A stretch of 64,000 bases of DNA, taken from the human T2T-CHM13v2.0 reference genome, Homo sapiens. The notes beneath the pieces were generated by a model. It was not told where the DNA came from, made no database searches, and saw only the letters and a list, made by a program, of their open reading frames with translations. The translations under genes were made by a program, and so were the position numbers. Shown piece after piece: positions 12,433 through 24,225 of the stretch (its first letter is position 1; every line of letters starts with the position of its first letter). Location of the stretch: NCBI RefSeq assembly GCF_009914755.1, contig NC_060934.1; one strand, written 5' to 3'.

Positions 12433-14879
12433 TTCTCAACTGCCTCTCGCACTTCAAAGATGCAGAGAAATCCTTATCAAATGCCATGTCCTAGTGTTGG
12501 GGGCACATTTGTGGCCAGGCAGAGACTTGCCTTTCTCCCTTCCCTGCCTTATTGGGGAAAGCACATCAGTTGTCTGATGGCCTTCAAGTCCATCATCAGA
12601 GTGGGTGGTTCTCAAGAGGTTTCAATATTGTGCCTCAGAAAGTCAGGCTCAGGTAGTCCTGGGAGGCTGGGAGCTGGGGAGGAATGTGGCAGGAGGGGGA
12701 AGGACTTGGAAGAGTGCTTCTCTTCTCCCTGCCTGCTGGGAGTCTGTGTGGAACCCACGGGTCCTGGGCAGTGAGGAGAAGACCATGAAGCAGCTCAGAG
12801 GGTCAGGGGAGGAGGAAACACCATGGGGAGAAGAAAGGGCTTGACCTTGGTCCTCTGCGGGGAAGGGACAGCAGCAAGGGCTGATTTGGCCAGGCATAGA
12901 GGAAGAGTAGGCAGGGGCTCCTGGAAGGGATACCCCTGCATGTTGAGAATTTCTAAAAAGGCAGTTTGGCCCAAAGCATACATCAGAGCCAGTGGGCAAT
13001 GCCTGAAGAATTTAAAGAGAAGGCCCCAAACTCAGGCAAAATCAGAGGGAACTAAGATGCTGTTCCGGCCTTTCGTAACTGAGTCAGGGAAGGACTGGAA
13101 TGGCCACACGGAAGCATTTCACATCATGGAATCACAGCAAAATCTCCTAGGATGGGCTGGGTCCTGCTGGGTCCCCTGCCCTGCCTCTCTCTGACTGACC
13201 TGAGGCTTCTCATGCCTTGGTACAGTAACCTCCTCAACAGCAAACCCAATCTATTATAAATAATAGCAGTTACTGCCACTGTGTCCCACTTGAGCACCTA
13301 CTATGTGCCAGGCACAGGACTGAGCACTTTATGTGCATTGGTAACCTTCCTCAAAATACTAAAAGTAGGTAGAAGGGAATTCAGTTCTAACACTCTGGAA
13401 TGTCTGAACATCCTCAAATTCGCAAAGAGAACATCACTGTCATTCTTGCCCTTACATCATGCATTTCCGATTATCTCCTGAGGGTCGGAGTTTATAAACA
13501 ACTTTAAGGCTCCTGATCCTTGCAGAAGGACTCATACAATTGTCAAGTGCCACATACAAATTCAAAGCTTGATTTACTTTTGTCTTGCAGCACCTAATAC
13601 TGTACCCCATACATAGTAGATGCTCTGTGAATGTTCAATAAATGAGTATCAGTAGTCATTGCTGATGACTGGCTGCTTCCTCGTGTTCTCCCTCTGCCAT
13701 CTGATTGGTTTCAGACACCTTATCCCTCACCCCACCCCAAATCTTGCCTGATGCTGAATTTACTGCTATTGGGACAAAACAAACACACTCTTCCTGCCCA
13801 CTGCGGTTGCTGAGATGGAAGCCTCGATCCTCAAAGTGGTGCCTGCCCTCTGTGGCCAGCTAGGCCAAGCCGGAGTCCTGCGGTGGGTGTGTTCTTCCTT
13901 GTGGCAGCCTTGGGGCCCTGGGCGGCACCCAGAAGGCCTGGGACACATAATCATGGGCAGAAAACCTGCCTCTTTCCCTTTCTATCTGACCTTCCCAGCA
14001 TCCTCCTGGGATCCTCCCTGTCCCAAAATAGCCATCTACTGGCTGAGATCTGGCTGCATCCTGCTTCTGGGCTGCATGCGCTGTTTGCCAAGGGAGTGAT
14101 GGGCTTGCAGGCCTGAGAAGGATGCCAAAGGTCAACCCTCAGTTAGGAGGGTCATGGCTGCCAGAAGTTCAGAGGAATAGGTGTGGGCCATTTGCACAGC
14201 ATATGGCCTGGTGGGATAGGAGAATGGTCTTGGGAACAGATATACATACCATGAGACTTCCTAGGCCACTTGAGAAAAATACAAAGACCAAGGAAACTTT
14301 CCCATTATCTGTCCCTTTTCTTATTAACAAATGAGGAGCAGGACATTATAGTCTAGCCAGCGAGGAAACAGCTACTTCAGGCCCGCCACGCTGGGGCTGG
14401 GTGGGGCTGGCCTGTGTCAAGTCCAGGGTGGGGCAGGCAGTGTGAAGGATGACACGTTTTTCACCCAGAGGGAAGAATGGCTAGCTCAGCTGCTGAAGGA
14501 AATCACTTCGCTGTCGGAGCCTCATCTCCAAGGGAAAGGGTAGGCCAGAGTCATGCCCTGACTGCCAGGCCAAAGGGCTTTGGACTGCAGCAGTGGTGGC
14601 ATGGGGGTGATGTGGTCAGGCTTGTGCACTAGCGCCATGACCAGCACTGCAAAGAGGACGGATGAAAGCGGAGAAGTCGCCTTCAGCCAGCCTAATGGGA
14701 GAAGCCACAGCTGCCTTCTGGGTCAGTGTGCTGGTGAGGGGTGCATGAAGTGCCCAGGAGCCAAAGGAGCTGGGGCTCTGGGAAAACTTCACCAAGGAGA
14801 GGCCTTGGAGGTTGTTCAAAAGGAACAAATAAGCAAGTAGGAAGGCATATTGTTAGGGCATCATAGACTCCATATGGTG

Positions 14880-15286
14880 TCCACATAGACACCATAACAG
14901 GAGACCCCCCAAATACAAGGACTTAGACAAGGTGGAGGTGGAGGTCTCCCTTCCCTAGCAGGCCAGGGCTGGGAGCTGGCTCTGCCACCTTCATCTTGTG
15001 GCATCCTTCTCTGGCAGATGCTTCGGTTCTTGCCACCCCATGACCAACACAAAAGGGGAATGGGACAAGTGGAGTATGTGCTCAAACCCTCAAGAGCAAA
15101 ACTTGAAAAAAGAGACACAGATCACTTCTGCTCACAACCCATTGGCCAGAACTTAGTCACGTGGTTACCCCCAGATTCAAGGGAGGCCAGGCAGTATTTT
15201 TCATGGGTGGCGATATGCCCAGATAGAACTTTATTACGATGGTAGGTGGGAAAACAGATATCAAAGAACAACTAGCATACTGCACA
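14880..15286 (-). mobile_element. Old MaLR LTR (MLT1 family)
   Basis: tcacttctgctcacaacccattggccagaacttagtcacgtgg...caagggaggc...acaactagcatactgcaca. Confidence 0.75.
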
Positions 15287-15499
15287 GAGGACATTCCAGG
15301 CTGGCTGAGGGACTGTCATGGACAAAAACTCGGAGGAGCAAGAAAAAGGCAGTAAGTTTCGGGATGACATGCAGTTGAAGAAATCTGGAGCTCAGAGCAG
15401 TAATGAGAAATGAGGGTGGGAGGAGATGTCAAGACTACAAAGAGTCAGGCTGAGGCTGCCCGGCTCCCTCTGTCCAGTAGGAGGCAAATGATTTCATCC

Positions 15500-15560
15500 A
15501 GAGGGTGATTGATTGGTAATGGCTGCCTGATTGATTGGGGGGCTGTGCTGAGTCAGCTTC
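15500..15560. promoter_or_regulatory. Putative intronic enhancer motif cluster (2x TGATTGATTGG plus MARE/AP-1)
   Basis: TGATTGATTGG at 15506-15516 and 15528-15538; TGCTGAGTCAGC at 15546-15557; apparently non-repetitive sequence. Confidence 0.45.
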
Positions 15561-17189
15561 TGAGGCTGTATCCAGGTTCAGCAGAAAATGTGGTAATTGC
15601 TTATTGATGTCTGCTCTGGATACAGGAGTGGTGGGGGAGCAGTGCCTCTGCCCTGGCTGTGCTGTCCTCACAGGAGATGATGTGGCATCAGAGAAGGTTT
15701 GGGGAGCAGGGATGTCACCTGATACAATTTGTATTCTAGAACAATAACTAGCAGTGATGTGGAGGCTGGCCTGGAGGGGAGAGCAGCCCCTTCCAGCAAC
15801 AAGAGTCTGCGATCCTACGAATAGGGCTTTATTTTCTTATGAGCTGCTATTTACCTTTGGGTTGTAATGGCCTCTCCAGCCTTGGTTGTTTTTCCACAGC
15901 TGATGAGAGCTGATGCCCACACATCCTAAACCCTACTCTCTAGCTAGCCTTGCCTTATTTTCCCTGGCACCAGACTTTGCCCCCAACAGCCTCATGACAT
16001 TTACATGGGCAGGACCTGTAGCCAGAGCTTTGGTCACAAACCAGGCTCCTCTTACCTCCCCTGTGCTGCAGCAGCGCAGACCCCGAGCCCCGCTTCTTTG
16101 TGGTCCTTCTTATTTCAGACTTGATTTATTTCAGATCTTAGGAATCTGCAGACCAAAGCGTCCTTTGTTTCTATCAATGAAGAAAAGATTCAAGAGTTGA
16201 TGGTTATTTTAGGGAGAATATTTAAACTAAAGGTATACTGTTTCAGGTAGCTCCAAAACCCTGCTTTACATGCAAATAATTGATGGGCTACTTCGGGGTC
16301 ATTCTTGCTGTTTCTTAAAGCAGATCCCCTGGGGCCAGCCTACTAAGAGATCCTACTGTTCGATTGCTGTTCTCGTCAATATTCAGACTCCCCCTTGTTC
16401 TGCTGCAGCCAGAGTGGTGTGCTTTCCCCTGCGATGTTAGCCTCAGTCCTCCCCACCCCCATCTCTTCCTCCTGACTTTGCAGCCCCACCGCATGTCCCA
16501 TCTGGCCTCCCAGACACCCAGGTGCAAACCCACAATAGCAACATCAGTGCCCCCTTCGCCTTCACCCACTGCACTCCATCAGCCAGGTTCTGTCAACTCC
16601 ACTCCTCTGCTCAAAAACCATCCATGGCTCCTCAGTGCTCATACCCCCCATCCCAAAGATAAGCCCACTTTGTCTCTCTAGCCTGATCTCTGACCAGTCT
16701 TCCGCTGTCCTGCTTTTCTTTCAGTAAAACTGGGCTGCTCCCCTGCCAGAACTTACAGTGTCCCACTTGCACACAACTCATGCTATTCTGGTATCTTTGT
16801 TCTCAGTTTCTACCTAGTGAACTCTTCACCCCTCCATGTCAGCTACATCATCCCTGCAGCTCCTTCCATCCTCTCCTCCCCACTTGGCCTCGGCCATGAG
16901 TTCTGCTGTTTGATGAGTATGTTAACATAATGCCTGGTGTATGCTCGATGTACAATCCAGGCAAAACCACCCACTGGGACAAGTAATTTGTCCTAAAATG
17001 AGAAGTGCAAACAGACCAAGATGTATACACCTGCAGAGGTTTCTCCCTGACTGCTAGCATTAACCATTTGCTTTAGATGGTGTAGGTGCTTGAGAGCAGC
17101 ATGTAGTATGAGTCTCTTACACAGCAAGAGTAGCTTTTGTGGGTTTCCAGCCAGGGAGAGCCTTCCCACCTACAAACCACACTGGGCAG

Positions 17190-17575
17190 CTTCCTTGCCA
17201 TCTCCGCCTGGATCCTCAAACGGCACACAATGAAAGCCAGCACCTTCCCCCCACCTGGCCCTTTCCAACATTCTCGACCTCTCCCAGCATCTAAGCCATG
17301 ACCTGGGCTTCAGGCTGAACACCACCATTTCCCTCACACCCCGTCAATCACCAAGTCTCATTCATCCCACTCTGTCAATTTCCTCCACCTCCACCGTCAT
17401 CACCCTTGTTCAGGGTGCTGCCACCTGACCTCCTCCAAACCCTTCTTTACACAGAAGCCAGAATGGTATTTTTAACATTGATGTATAACTCCAGATAACC
17501 AAAGCACTTCAGTACTTTCCATCACCCTTAGGATAAAGCCCTAAATCCCTAACACAGCTTGTTACCTGCTCTGAC
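17190..17575 (+). mobile_element. L2 fragment
   Basis: acacagaagccagaatggtatttttaac...catcacccttaggataaagccctaaatccctaac. Confidence 0.7.
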
Positions 17576-18334
17576 CCCCCTCGCCATGATCCCTTCTGCA
17601 TTCCCAGCAGGCCCCCTGGCAGCACTGGTGCTGCTGGTTGTCTGACCACATTTGGAGTAACAGACTATGGCTGACGGGAGCCCTGGCCAAGCCAGACAGA
17701 ACGTTATGCTTTAGAAATCAGCCAGTCCATAAAGCTTGGACTCTTGGCTCCAAACGAAGGCCCTTCCTTGGCTGTTGCAGCCCCATTTCAGGCAACTGGC
17801 CTGCTCCACAAGGAAGGTTGACCATCACCTTGGAGAGGGCCCTGGGTTTAAGGAGCACCCCCACCCCCAACAGCCATAGCTCTCTATGCCCCTCATGGGG
17901 TGGAGGGTCAGGTAACTGGCGTGGGTGAGGCCAAAATGACCACAGCTGCTGGGAGACCAGGTGCTGCGCGGCTGCTAAAATGCTCCACCATCTGCCCCTG
18001 GAAGAGCCTTTTCTCTCAAGGCCCTCTGGCTCTGCGTTTCAGAAATTCCTGGGGAATTCTCCAAAGTTCATTTCTTCCCCATTTCCTCCCAAAAGCACTT
18101 CCAGATCCCCAGCCCTCCTGGACGCTGCTGATAATGTGTTTCTCCTAGATCCGCTCTGATAACACTGGGGTGGTCGGCTGAGATTTGTAGGGAAATAAAA
18201 ATAAGGAAATGGAGGGTTCCGGAAAGGCCAGAAGAGCCCTGGACTGGGAATCAGTCCCAGACCTTGAAGGACTCTGAGCAGATTACTCTCCTCTCTCTGG
18301 GCTTTGGTTTCCTCGCTGATATAAAAAGGTGAAT

Positions 18335-19275
18335 GACTGAAAAATCATTTGGCAGTATCTGGTAAAGTAAAGAATCGTGTCCAATAAAGCAGCTCCCTTC
18401 CTAGGCACTTTTGAGAGAAATGCTCGTCTGTGCGTAAAAGAAGAAGAGATGCTCACTGCAACACTACTGTAGTAAGAAAAAAGGAAAAGAAAAGAAAAGC
18501 CTAAATATTTGTCAGCAGGAGTGTGCAGAGATATGTTGTGCAGTATTAAATTGCAGTACTTTCATCAATGAAAATGCACACACAGTAAACAGGATAAACG
18601 AGACCTTCAGACTCAGCAATTCCAGGGCTGGATCTCCTCCTCTGGAGGGAAAAAAGCAAACGACAAGAGAATATTTACAATATAAGTCATTTATCTAAAG
18701 TTAAAAACATAAAGACAACACAATACAATCTTCAACAACTATATGCATAGATAGTAAACACGTAAAGAAATGATGGAAATGGTAAACATCAAATTCAGCA
18801 GGGAGGAGGGACTGGGTAGAGACTGGGGTGCTTAGGGAGGTTCAGCTACATGGGTAGCTATTAGGCTGGGTGGTGGGTACGCCAGGTTCAGTACATATTT
18901 TTTGTAATAACTTTATTGCGATGTAATTCCCATATACAATTGGTCGATTTAAAGTGTACAATTTGATGGGCTTTCTTACATTCACAGAGTTGTGAAACCA
19001 TCACCACAATCAGTTCTAGGACATTTTATCGTCCCAAAAAAGAAACCCCATTCCTTTTGGCAGCCATCCTCCATTTTCGCCCGCCCTCCGACCCCCAGCC
19101 CCAGGCAAGCGTTAATCTACTCTCCATCTTTATGGATTTAGCATAATGTTTTCAAGGTTTATCCATGTTGTAGCATGTATCAGTACTTCATTCCTTTTTA
19201 TTGCCAAATAATACATTATATTGCTTTTAAGCCTCTCTGAATGTCTGAAATATTTCAAGATAAAACATATTTAAA
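18335..19275 (+). mobile_element. Ancient L1M (L1ME-like) 3' end, interrupted by an antisense L1MB fragment
   Basis: tttggcagtatctggtaaag...gatgctcactgcaacact...ctgggtggtgggtac...gtctgaaatatttcaagataaa. Confidence 0.7.
18898..19213 (-). mobile_element. L1MB-type 3' end fragment with an internal deletion
   Basis: actttattgcgatgtaattc...tttaaagtgtacaatttgatgg...cacagagttgtgaaaccatcaccacaatc...cagtacttcattcctttttattgcc. Confidence 0.85.
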
Positions 19276-20494
19276 TCATAAAGTTAATGAACGGATGTTG
19301 TTGAATTAGAGGATGTTGAAGGAATCCTTCATGTCTGCCTCTAAACCTAATTGGCGGTCTTTACCAGCAAGGATGTATCATTGCTTGCTGCCTAAATCCC
19401 ATGTGTGTGCACCCTCAGCCACCTGTGGGCTGGCAGCAATGGTTCTAACCCTGCCAGGACCCAGATCCAGGGGGTCAAGCCCTGCTCAGCTGGACTCTGA
19501 CACCTGACCCCCTCTGTGGTGCTCTGAAGCGCCCTTGCTCTTCCTCTGCCTGTGCTCAGTGTCACTTCCTCTGAGATGTCTCCGTTGAATCTCCCAGACA
19601 CAGCTGGGGGCCCTTTTTCTCAGTTCCTAGAGCTAGAAAACTAACTCACCATGGGGTGGCTATTTGGTCCCCTGGTGAGAGAGCAGCAGCCACGCTTACA
19701 GCCCTGCAAGCTTCTCAAGCTTCTGAGCATCAGTCCTCACCCTAGGAAAATGAAGATGTTGGTGCTTGCCTGATAGACTCGAGGTGATAGGGAGATAAGT
19801 TATGTATGAAATTTTTCAGGGGTGGTGAAGGATTTGCTTTTATGCCTCTGACTCACTCACTGGACATGAAGATTGTCCTGGGCACGAGCTGTGCTGTCTG
19901 CAGGAAGGAGCAATGGACTGGCTTCAGGACTTGCAATACCCACTGCCCTGGGAGAGGCAGGCTAACCCAGCAGTTACAGGTGTGGGCTCTGACTTCCCAG
20001 TAAATCCCAGTAGTCCCAGTTCTACTCCTTGTTAGTCATGGTACTGTGGATGGGTTACTCTCTTGACCTCACATAAAATGGGAATGACAGCACCTACCTT
20101 GTTGGACTGATGGGCTCAATGTGGGGCCCGACACACACTTGGCGGGAAATGATTGTTAGTTGCCACGATGATGGTGATGACGACATGAGTGGAAAAGGGC
20201 TTCAGGTGACATGGGGCTGTGAGGAGAGGTCATAGTCTTTGCCCAGTTGCATTCAGCCATGTGAGGTCCCGAAGGCAATGGCACGCTTGCCACTGAATGC
20301 AAGGAGGTAATGTGGTATGGCTGCTCAAAGCGTTGGCCTACTCCTACTTCCCTGATCTGCCCTGTGGAAGGCTAGGCCCTTCCAATGCTATGAAAAATGC
20401 TGGATGTTCTATTTATGAGACACTGTGCTAAGGCACTGCAAGAGATGGGTGAAAGGTATACCCACCCTTAAAGATGTGATGTGGGATTTGTCAC

Positions 20495-20655
20495 AGGTTT
20501 AGGGGCCTTAGTTGGAATCCCAGCTCTCTGTCTAGCTCTCCAGCACAGCAAAAGCCACCTACCCTCTCTGAATTTTCACTTGCTCATCTCTTACATGTAA
20601 ATAAGGATCTTACAGGGTTATTATGAAAGTTCTTGGTCAACCATGGAGATACAAA
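20495..20655 (+). mobile_element. MIR fragment immediately 5' of the tRNA retrocopy
   Basis: gaatcccagctct...ctctctgaatttt...cttacagggttattatgaaag. Confidence 0.55.
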
Positions 20656-20671
20656 TGGAGAATATTTGGCG

Positions 20672-20709
20672 GACCTCGTGGCACAATGGTAGTGCGTCTG
20701 ACTCCAGAT
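20672..20709 (+). pseudogene. 3'-truncated (5'-half) tRNA-Trp(CCA) retrocopy, 'tailless retropseudogene' type
   Basis: GACCTCGTGGCACAATGGTAGTGCGTCTGACTCCAGAT matches the recalled 5' 38 nt of human tRNA-Trp-CCA apart from CpG-type transitions. Anticodon CCA at 20704-20706; flanked by imperfect direct repeats 20655-20669 and 20708-20723. Confidence 0.85.
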
Positions 20710-21639
20710 GGAGGATATTATGGGAGGGGAGTTGGACTGGTGCACAATCCAGTTATTTTGTAGAAGGTAGACCTTGTTGAGTGCTGTGGGATATAAATAA
20801 AGGGCTGTGGACAGGGCAGGGGAAGGGTGAATTACAAGTGCAGGTGACCATTGATTCCTTGGAGGAGACACTGGAACTTGCTGGTGATACTTAGTGTTGG
20901 AGGGCCTTGGAACCCCCGGTTTATGAAGAAAGACTCGCCCTCCTTCGCCCCACTCCATCCAGCCACCATGCGGAGCAGGAGCTTCTGGAGAGCAGGACTT
21001 GCCTTAAAGGCTGTGTTTGTGCCCCTTCTCCAGACAGAGTCGGGCATCCTCTCTCCACATCCTGAGAGGGAATGGGCTACATTTGTAGCAGCTGTAGTTG
21101 GGTTGGAAGTGATTCTGGATTTTGCAGGAAATCCATTGTCCAAGGAACTCTCCAGGGACAGTCAGTAGGAGAACGCGGGGCAACTGCAAGTGCCTCGAAG
21201 GTAGACCGCAGCACGCACTGCCTGGTCACCTCTCCCTGTCTGCCAGGCTGCCTGTCTCAGAGAGACCAGTGGAAGAGTCCTGAGGAAGAAAGACACCATC
21301 CTGTTCCAGCTCCCAGGGGCGTCATTCACTCCCACAATGATTCCATGTGTTTGTATCACACCCTCACCCATCAGAAGCCTTTCCCTTAGCACCTGCCCTG
21401 TGAGGGTGGAAACTGCAGCCAGAGGAGTTAAGTGAAGAAGGACTGCCCTTCTGGGCAGTTACAATAACTGGAAGTTACAGTAACTAGATTGAGCACCCCC
21501 ACCTCTCCACTCCTCACCTCAGCCCAGGCCAGGAATCAGCAGCCAGACTTCTGGACTGCCTACGTGCTCTTTAGGGCTCCAGGATGAACATGAACTACAT
21601 CAACAAGCAGCCTGGGTCCACCTGCGGGTAGAGGGCTGC

Positions 21640-22200
21640 TCCAGGCCCTGTGTTCAGTGCCGTGGGATGCAAGGTGATCAGGCAAAGTTCCTTGGTTCAG
21701 GGCTGGGCAAGTGCTAAACAGAAGCATAGGCATCTAGTTTGGGAAATGCAAGAAAAGGAGTGACTACTCCTGAAGGGAGGAATCAGAAATGGCTGCATGG
21801 AAGAAGTGGCATTTGAAGGAATCCCTGAATGGCAAGTAAGATTTCAGTAAATGAGAATGTGCATGAGGACATTTTAAAACAATGAAACAACATAATAAAG
21901 AATAGAGACCTGAACAACTGTGTTTTTTCCACACACACCCCCACACCCCACACCCCACTCTGGGAAATGAGGAATGATCTGGAGCGGTTGTAGTAAGCTC
22001 CTGCGGAGGGATGGAGTAGGAGGTACGGCTGGAAAGAAAAGTTGGGGGTTGGGGAGGCAGACCGTGGAGGGAGTTGGACACCACCCTGAAAGCCAGCTTC
22101 TATTTGGTGGGTAGCAGGAAACCACGGAAGGTTTCTCAGAGGGATGTGATGTATCCAGCTGTGTATAGCTCAGTGTAGAGGGTGAATTAGGGGCAGGAGA
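21640..22200 (-). mobile_element. L2 fragments
   Basis: ggctgcatggaagaagtggcatttgaagg and gaaaccacggaaggtttctcagagggatgtgatg resemble antisense L2. Confidence 0.6.
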
Positions 22201-22235
22201 GAAGCTGGGAATGGGCAGCAATGATCTCTCTAAGG

Positions 22236-22511
22236 CAGCAGTCCCCAGTCTTTTTGGGACCAGTGGCCAGTTTTTCCATGTATGGGGATGGGGGGATGAC
22301 TTCAGGATGAAATTGTTCCACCTCAGATCAGCAGACATTAGTTCAATTCTCACAAGGAACCTGCAACCTAGATCCCTCGCATGCGCAGTCTGCAATAGGG
22401 TTTGGGGTCCTGTGAGAATCTATTGCCACCGCTGACCTCCTGCTGTGAGGCCTGGTTCTTAACAGGTCACAGTCCAGTCCAGATCTATGGCCCAGTGCTT
22501 GGGGACCCCCG
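22236..22511 (-). mobile_element. MER1B (hAT-Charlie) with 8-bp target-site duplication
   Basis: TIRs cagcagtcccca and tggggacccccg; internal caacctagatccctcgcatgcgcag; TSD ctctaagg (22228-22235) and ctctaaga (22512-22519). Confidence 0.9.
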
Positions 22512-22661
22512 CTCTAAGAGAAGACACAGAGAAGCAGAGGAAGCAGGTGAGGGGAGTAACGAGAGGGAGGTTGCAGAGGTAACATTAGCAAGTTCTAGCT
22601 ACCTACTAGGTGTGGGCCAAGGAGGGGTTGAGGCAATTATGAGCCTCTGAGCCCAGGTAAC

Positions 22662-22880
22662 TAATAATAACCATGGCATATATTCAACAGATGACCTTGG
22701 GCCTTGTGCTTTAAATACAATATCACTTACATTCTGATCAAGCACCCTATGATGTAAGGCTATGGCTATCCACATTTCAAAAATGAAGAAACTGAGGCTC
22801 AGAGATGTTCAGGGTTTGCCTGAGGTCCACGGATAAGGGACAGAGGCAGGACTTGAACCCAGGACTTTCAATGCCAGCGC
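22662..22880 (-). mobile_element. MIR
   Basis: atgaagaaactgaggctcagagatgttcagggtttgcctgaggtc...ggacttgaacccagg. Confidence 0.85.
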
Positions 22881-24002
22881 CTTTGCCCTCCGGACAAGGC
22901 AGAGCAGAAGGGGGGTAGGTTGGAGAGGAAGGGTCAAAGTTCTGTTTGGGACAAGCTGGAGGTTGGGAGGTGGGGGATGCAGGATGCCTCATGGAAATGC
23001 TGAGGGCCCTGGAACAGTTCGTCCAGAGGGAGAGGGGCTAGAAGCCCATTCTGAGCTTGTGGACTTAGAGAAGAAAGACCTTACCTGTAGCCATCGTCTG
23101 GGGACAATGCTCAGGGAAGTGGCCTTACCTGTAGCCACCTGCCAGCAACACTACTCACAGAAGAGAGAGAACAGGAGTGCATCTTGCTGGAGAGCTGGCT
23201 AGAAGCACTGAGGTGGGAGACTTTCTGCCCCAGGACATGCCCAGAGCCCAGGGCCCTGTGCCCCTTCACCCAGGACTCACAATCCTGCCCGCAGCACACA
23301 TGGGTGCTGTGCAGCTTGTCCCAGGCTGCTGGGGGCAGATGAGCTCCCTGCCCTAGACCCAGTGGAGGGTCCCTTGATCTTGCCACCACCTGCTCTGCCC
23401 TGAAGGAGAAGGTTCTGCCACAGTGATGCTAAAGGAATGCCAGATGCTCCTTTGGAGGAAAGGAGCAGCAAGTGGGAAGAGCCCGCGACCTCTGCTTGGG
23501 CAGTTATAAGAGACTAGAAGGTGGGACATGCCAGACCCATGGATGCAGTCCCTGGCTCTTCCTCCTGGACCCACCCAGGCTGCCCACTCCCTCGATGACT
23601 ACCCCCACTCTTGTCATAACCCAGCCAGCCTCTCCCCTGTTACTCCCTGGCAAGTTCCTGTTCAGCCACTAAGGCGACTTGGGTGGCCTCTGCTGGCAGT
23701 GGCACTCTTGTCCCCACACACCTGGCCCTCTTCACTGCACCCTCCCACCAGCTCTCCAGGTTACGACTCACACTGCCCTATTCTCCTGATGAGGACCCTG
23801 AAGCTCAGAATTCTTTGCTCGAGGATACAGGGTTAGGCAGTGGCAGGGTTGGGACTGGAAATAAGCTCTGAAACATCAGAAGGCAAATGCCCCCCAGGGA
23901 CCCAAGTGCTACCCTGGAGCACAGTGGGAAACCGAGGACTCGGCAGTGGCCGTGATGCTTGTCCAGGGAGCATGGAGTCAGATAAGGCTGGAGGACATTA
24001 AT

Positions 24003-24225
24003 TAGTAATGATAACAACAACATCTATTAAGGGCTTACTCTGCGCCTGGCACTGTGATAAGCACTTTATTGCATTGTCTCATTTGATCCTCATAATTACT
24101 TTATGTGGCAGGTACTATTATTATCTCCATTTCCATAGAAGACTGGGGCCCAAAGAAGTTCTGTAACGGGGCCAAGGCCACAGAGCTAGTGTGTGTTGAA
24201 GCCAGAATTTAAGTAGTCTGAGTCT
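24003..24225 (-). mobile_element. MIR
   Basis: tgtctcatttgatcctcataat...ggtactattattatctccattt...caaggccacagagctagt. Confidence 0.85.

Noticed and set aside
18217-18224. N-box (CCGGAA) synaptic elements, including palindromic TTCCGGAA here and TTCCCGGAA at 32268
   Set aside because: Attractive because collagen XIII is a neuromuscular-junction protein, but the few scattered hits are about what chance gives in 64 kb, and one lies inside an L2.
20672-20709. Functional tRNA-Trp gene
   Set aside because: Only the 5' half is present: no T-arm or B-box, no 3' acceptor strand and no terminator.
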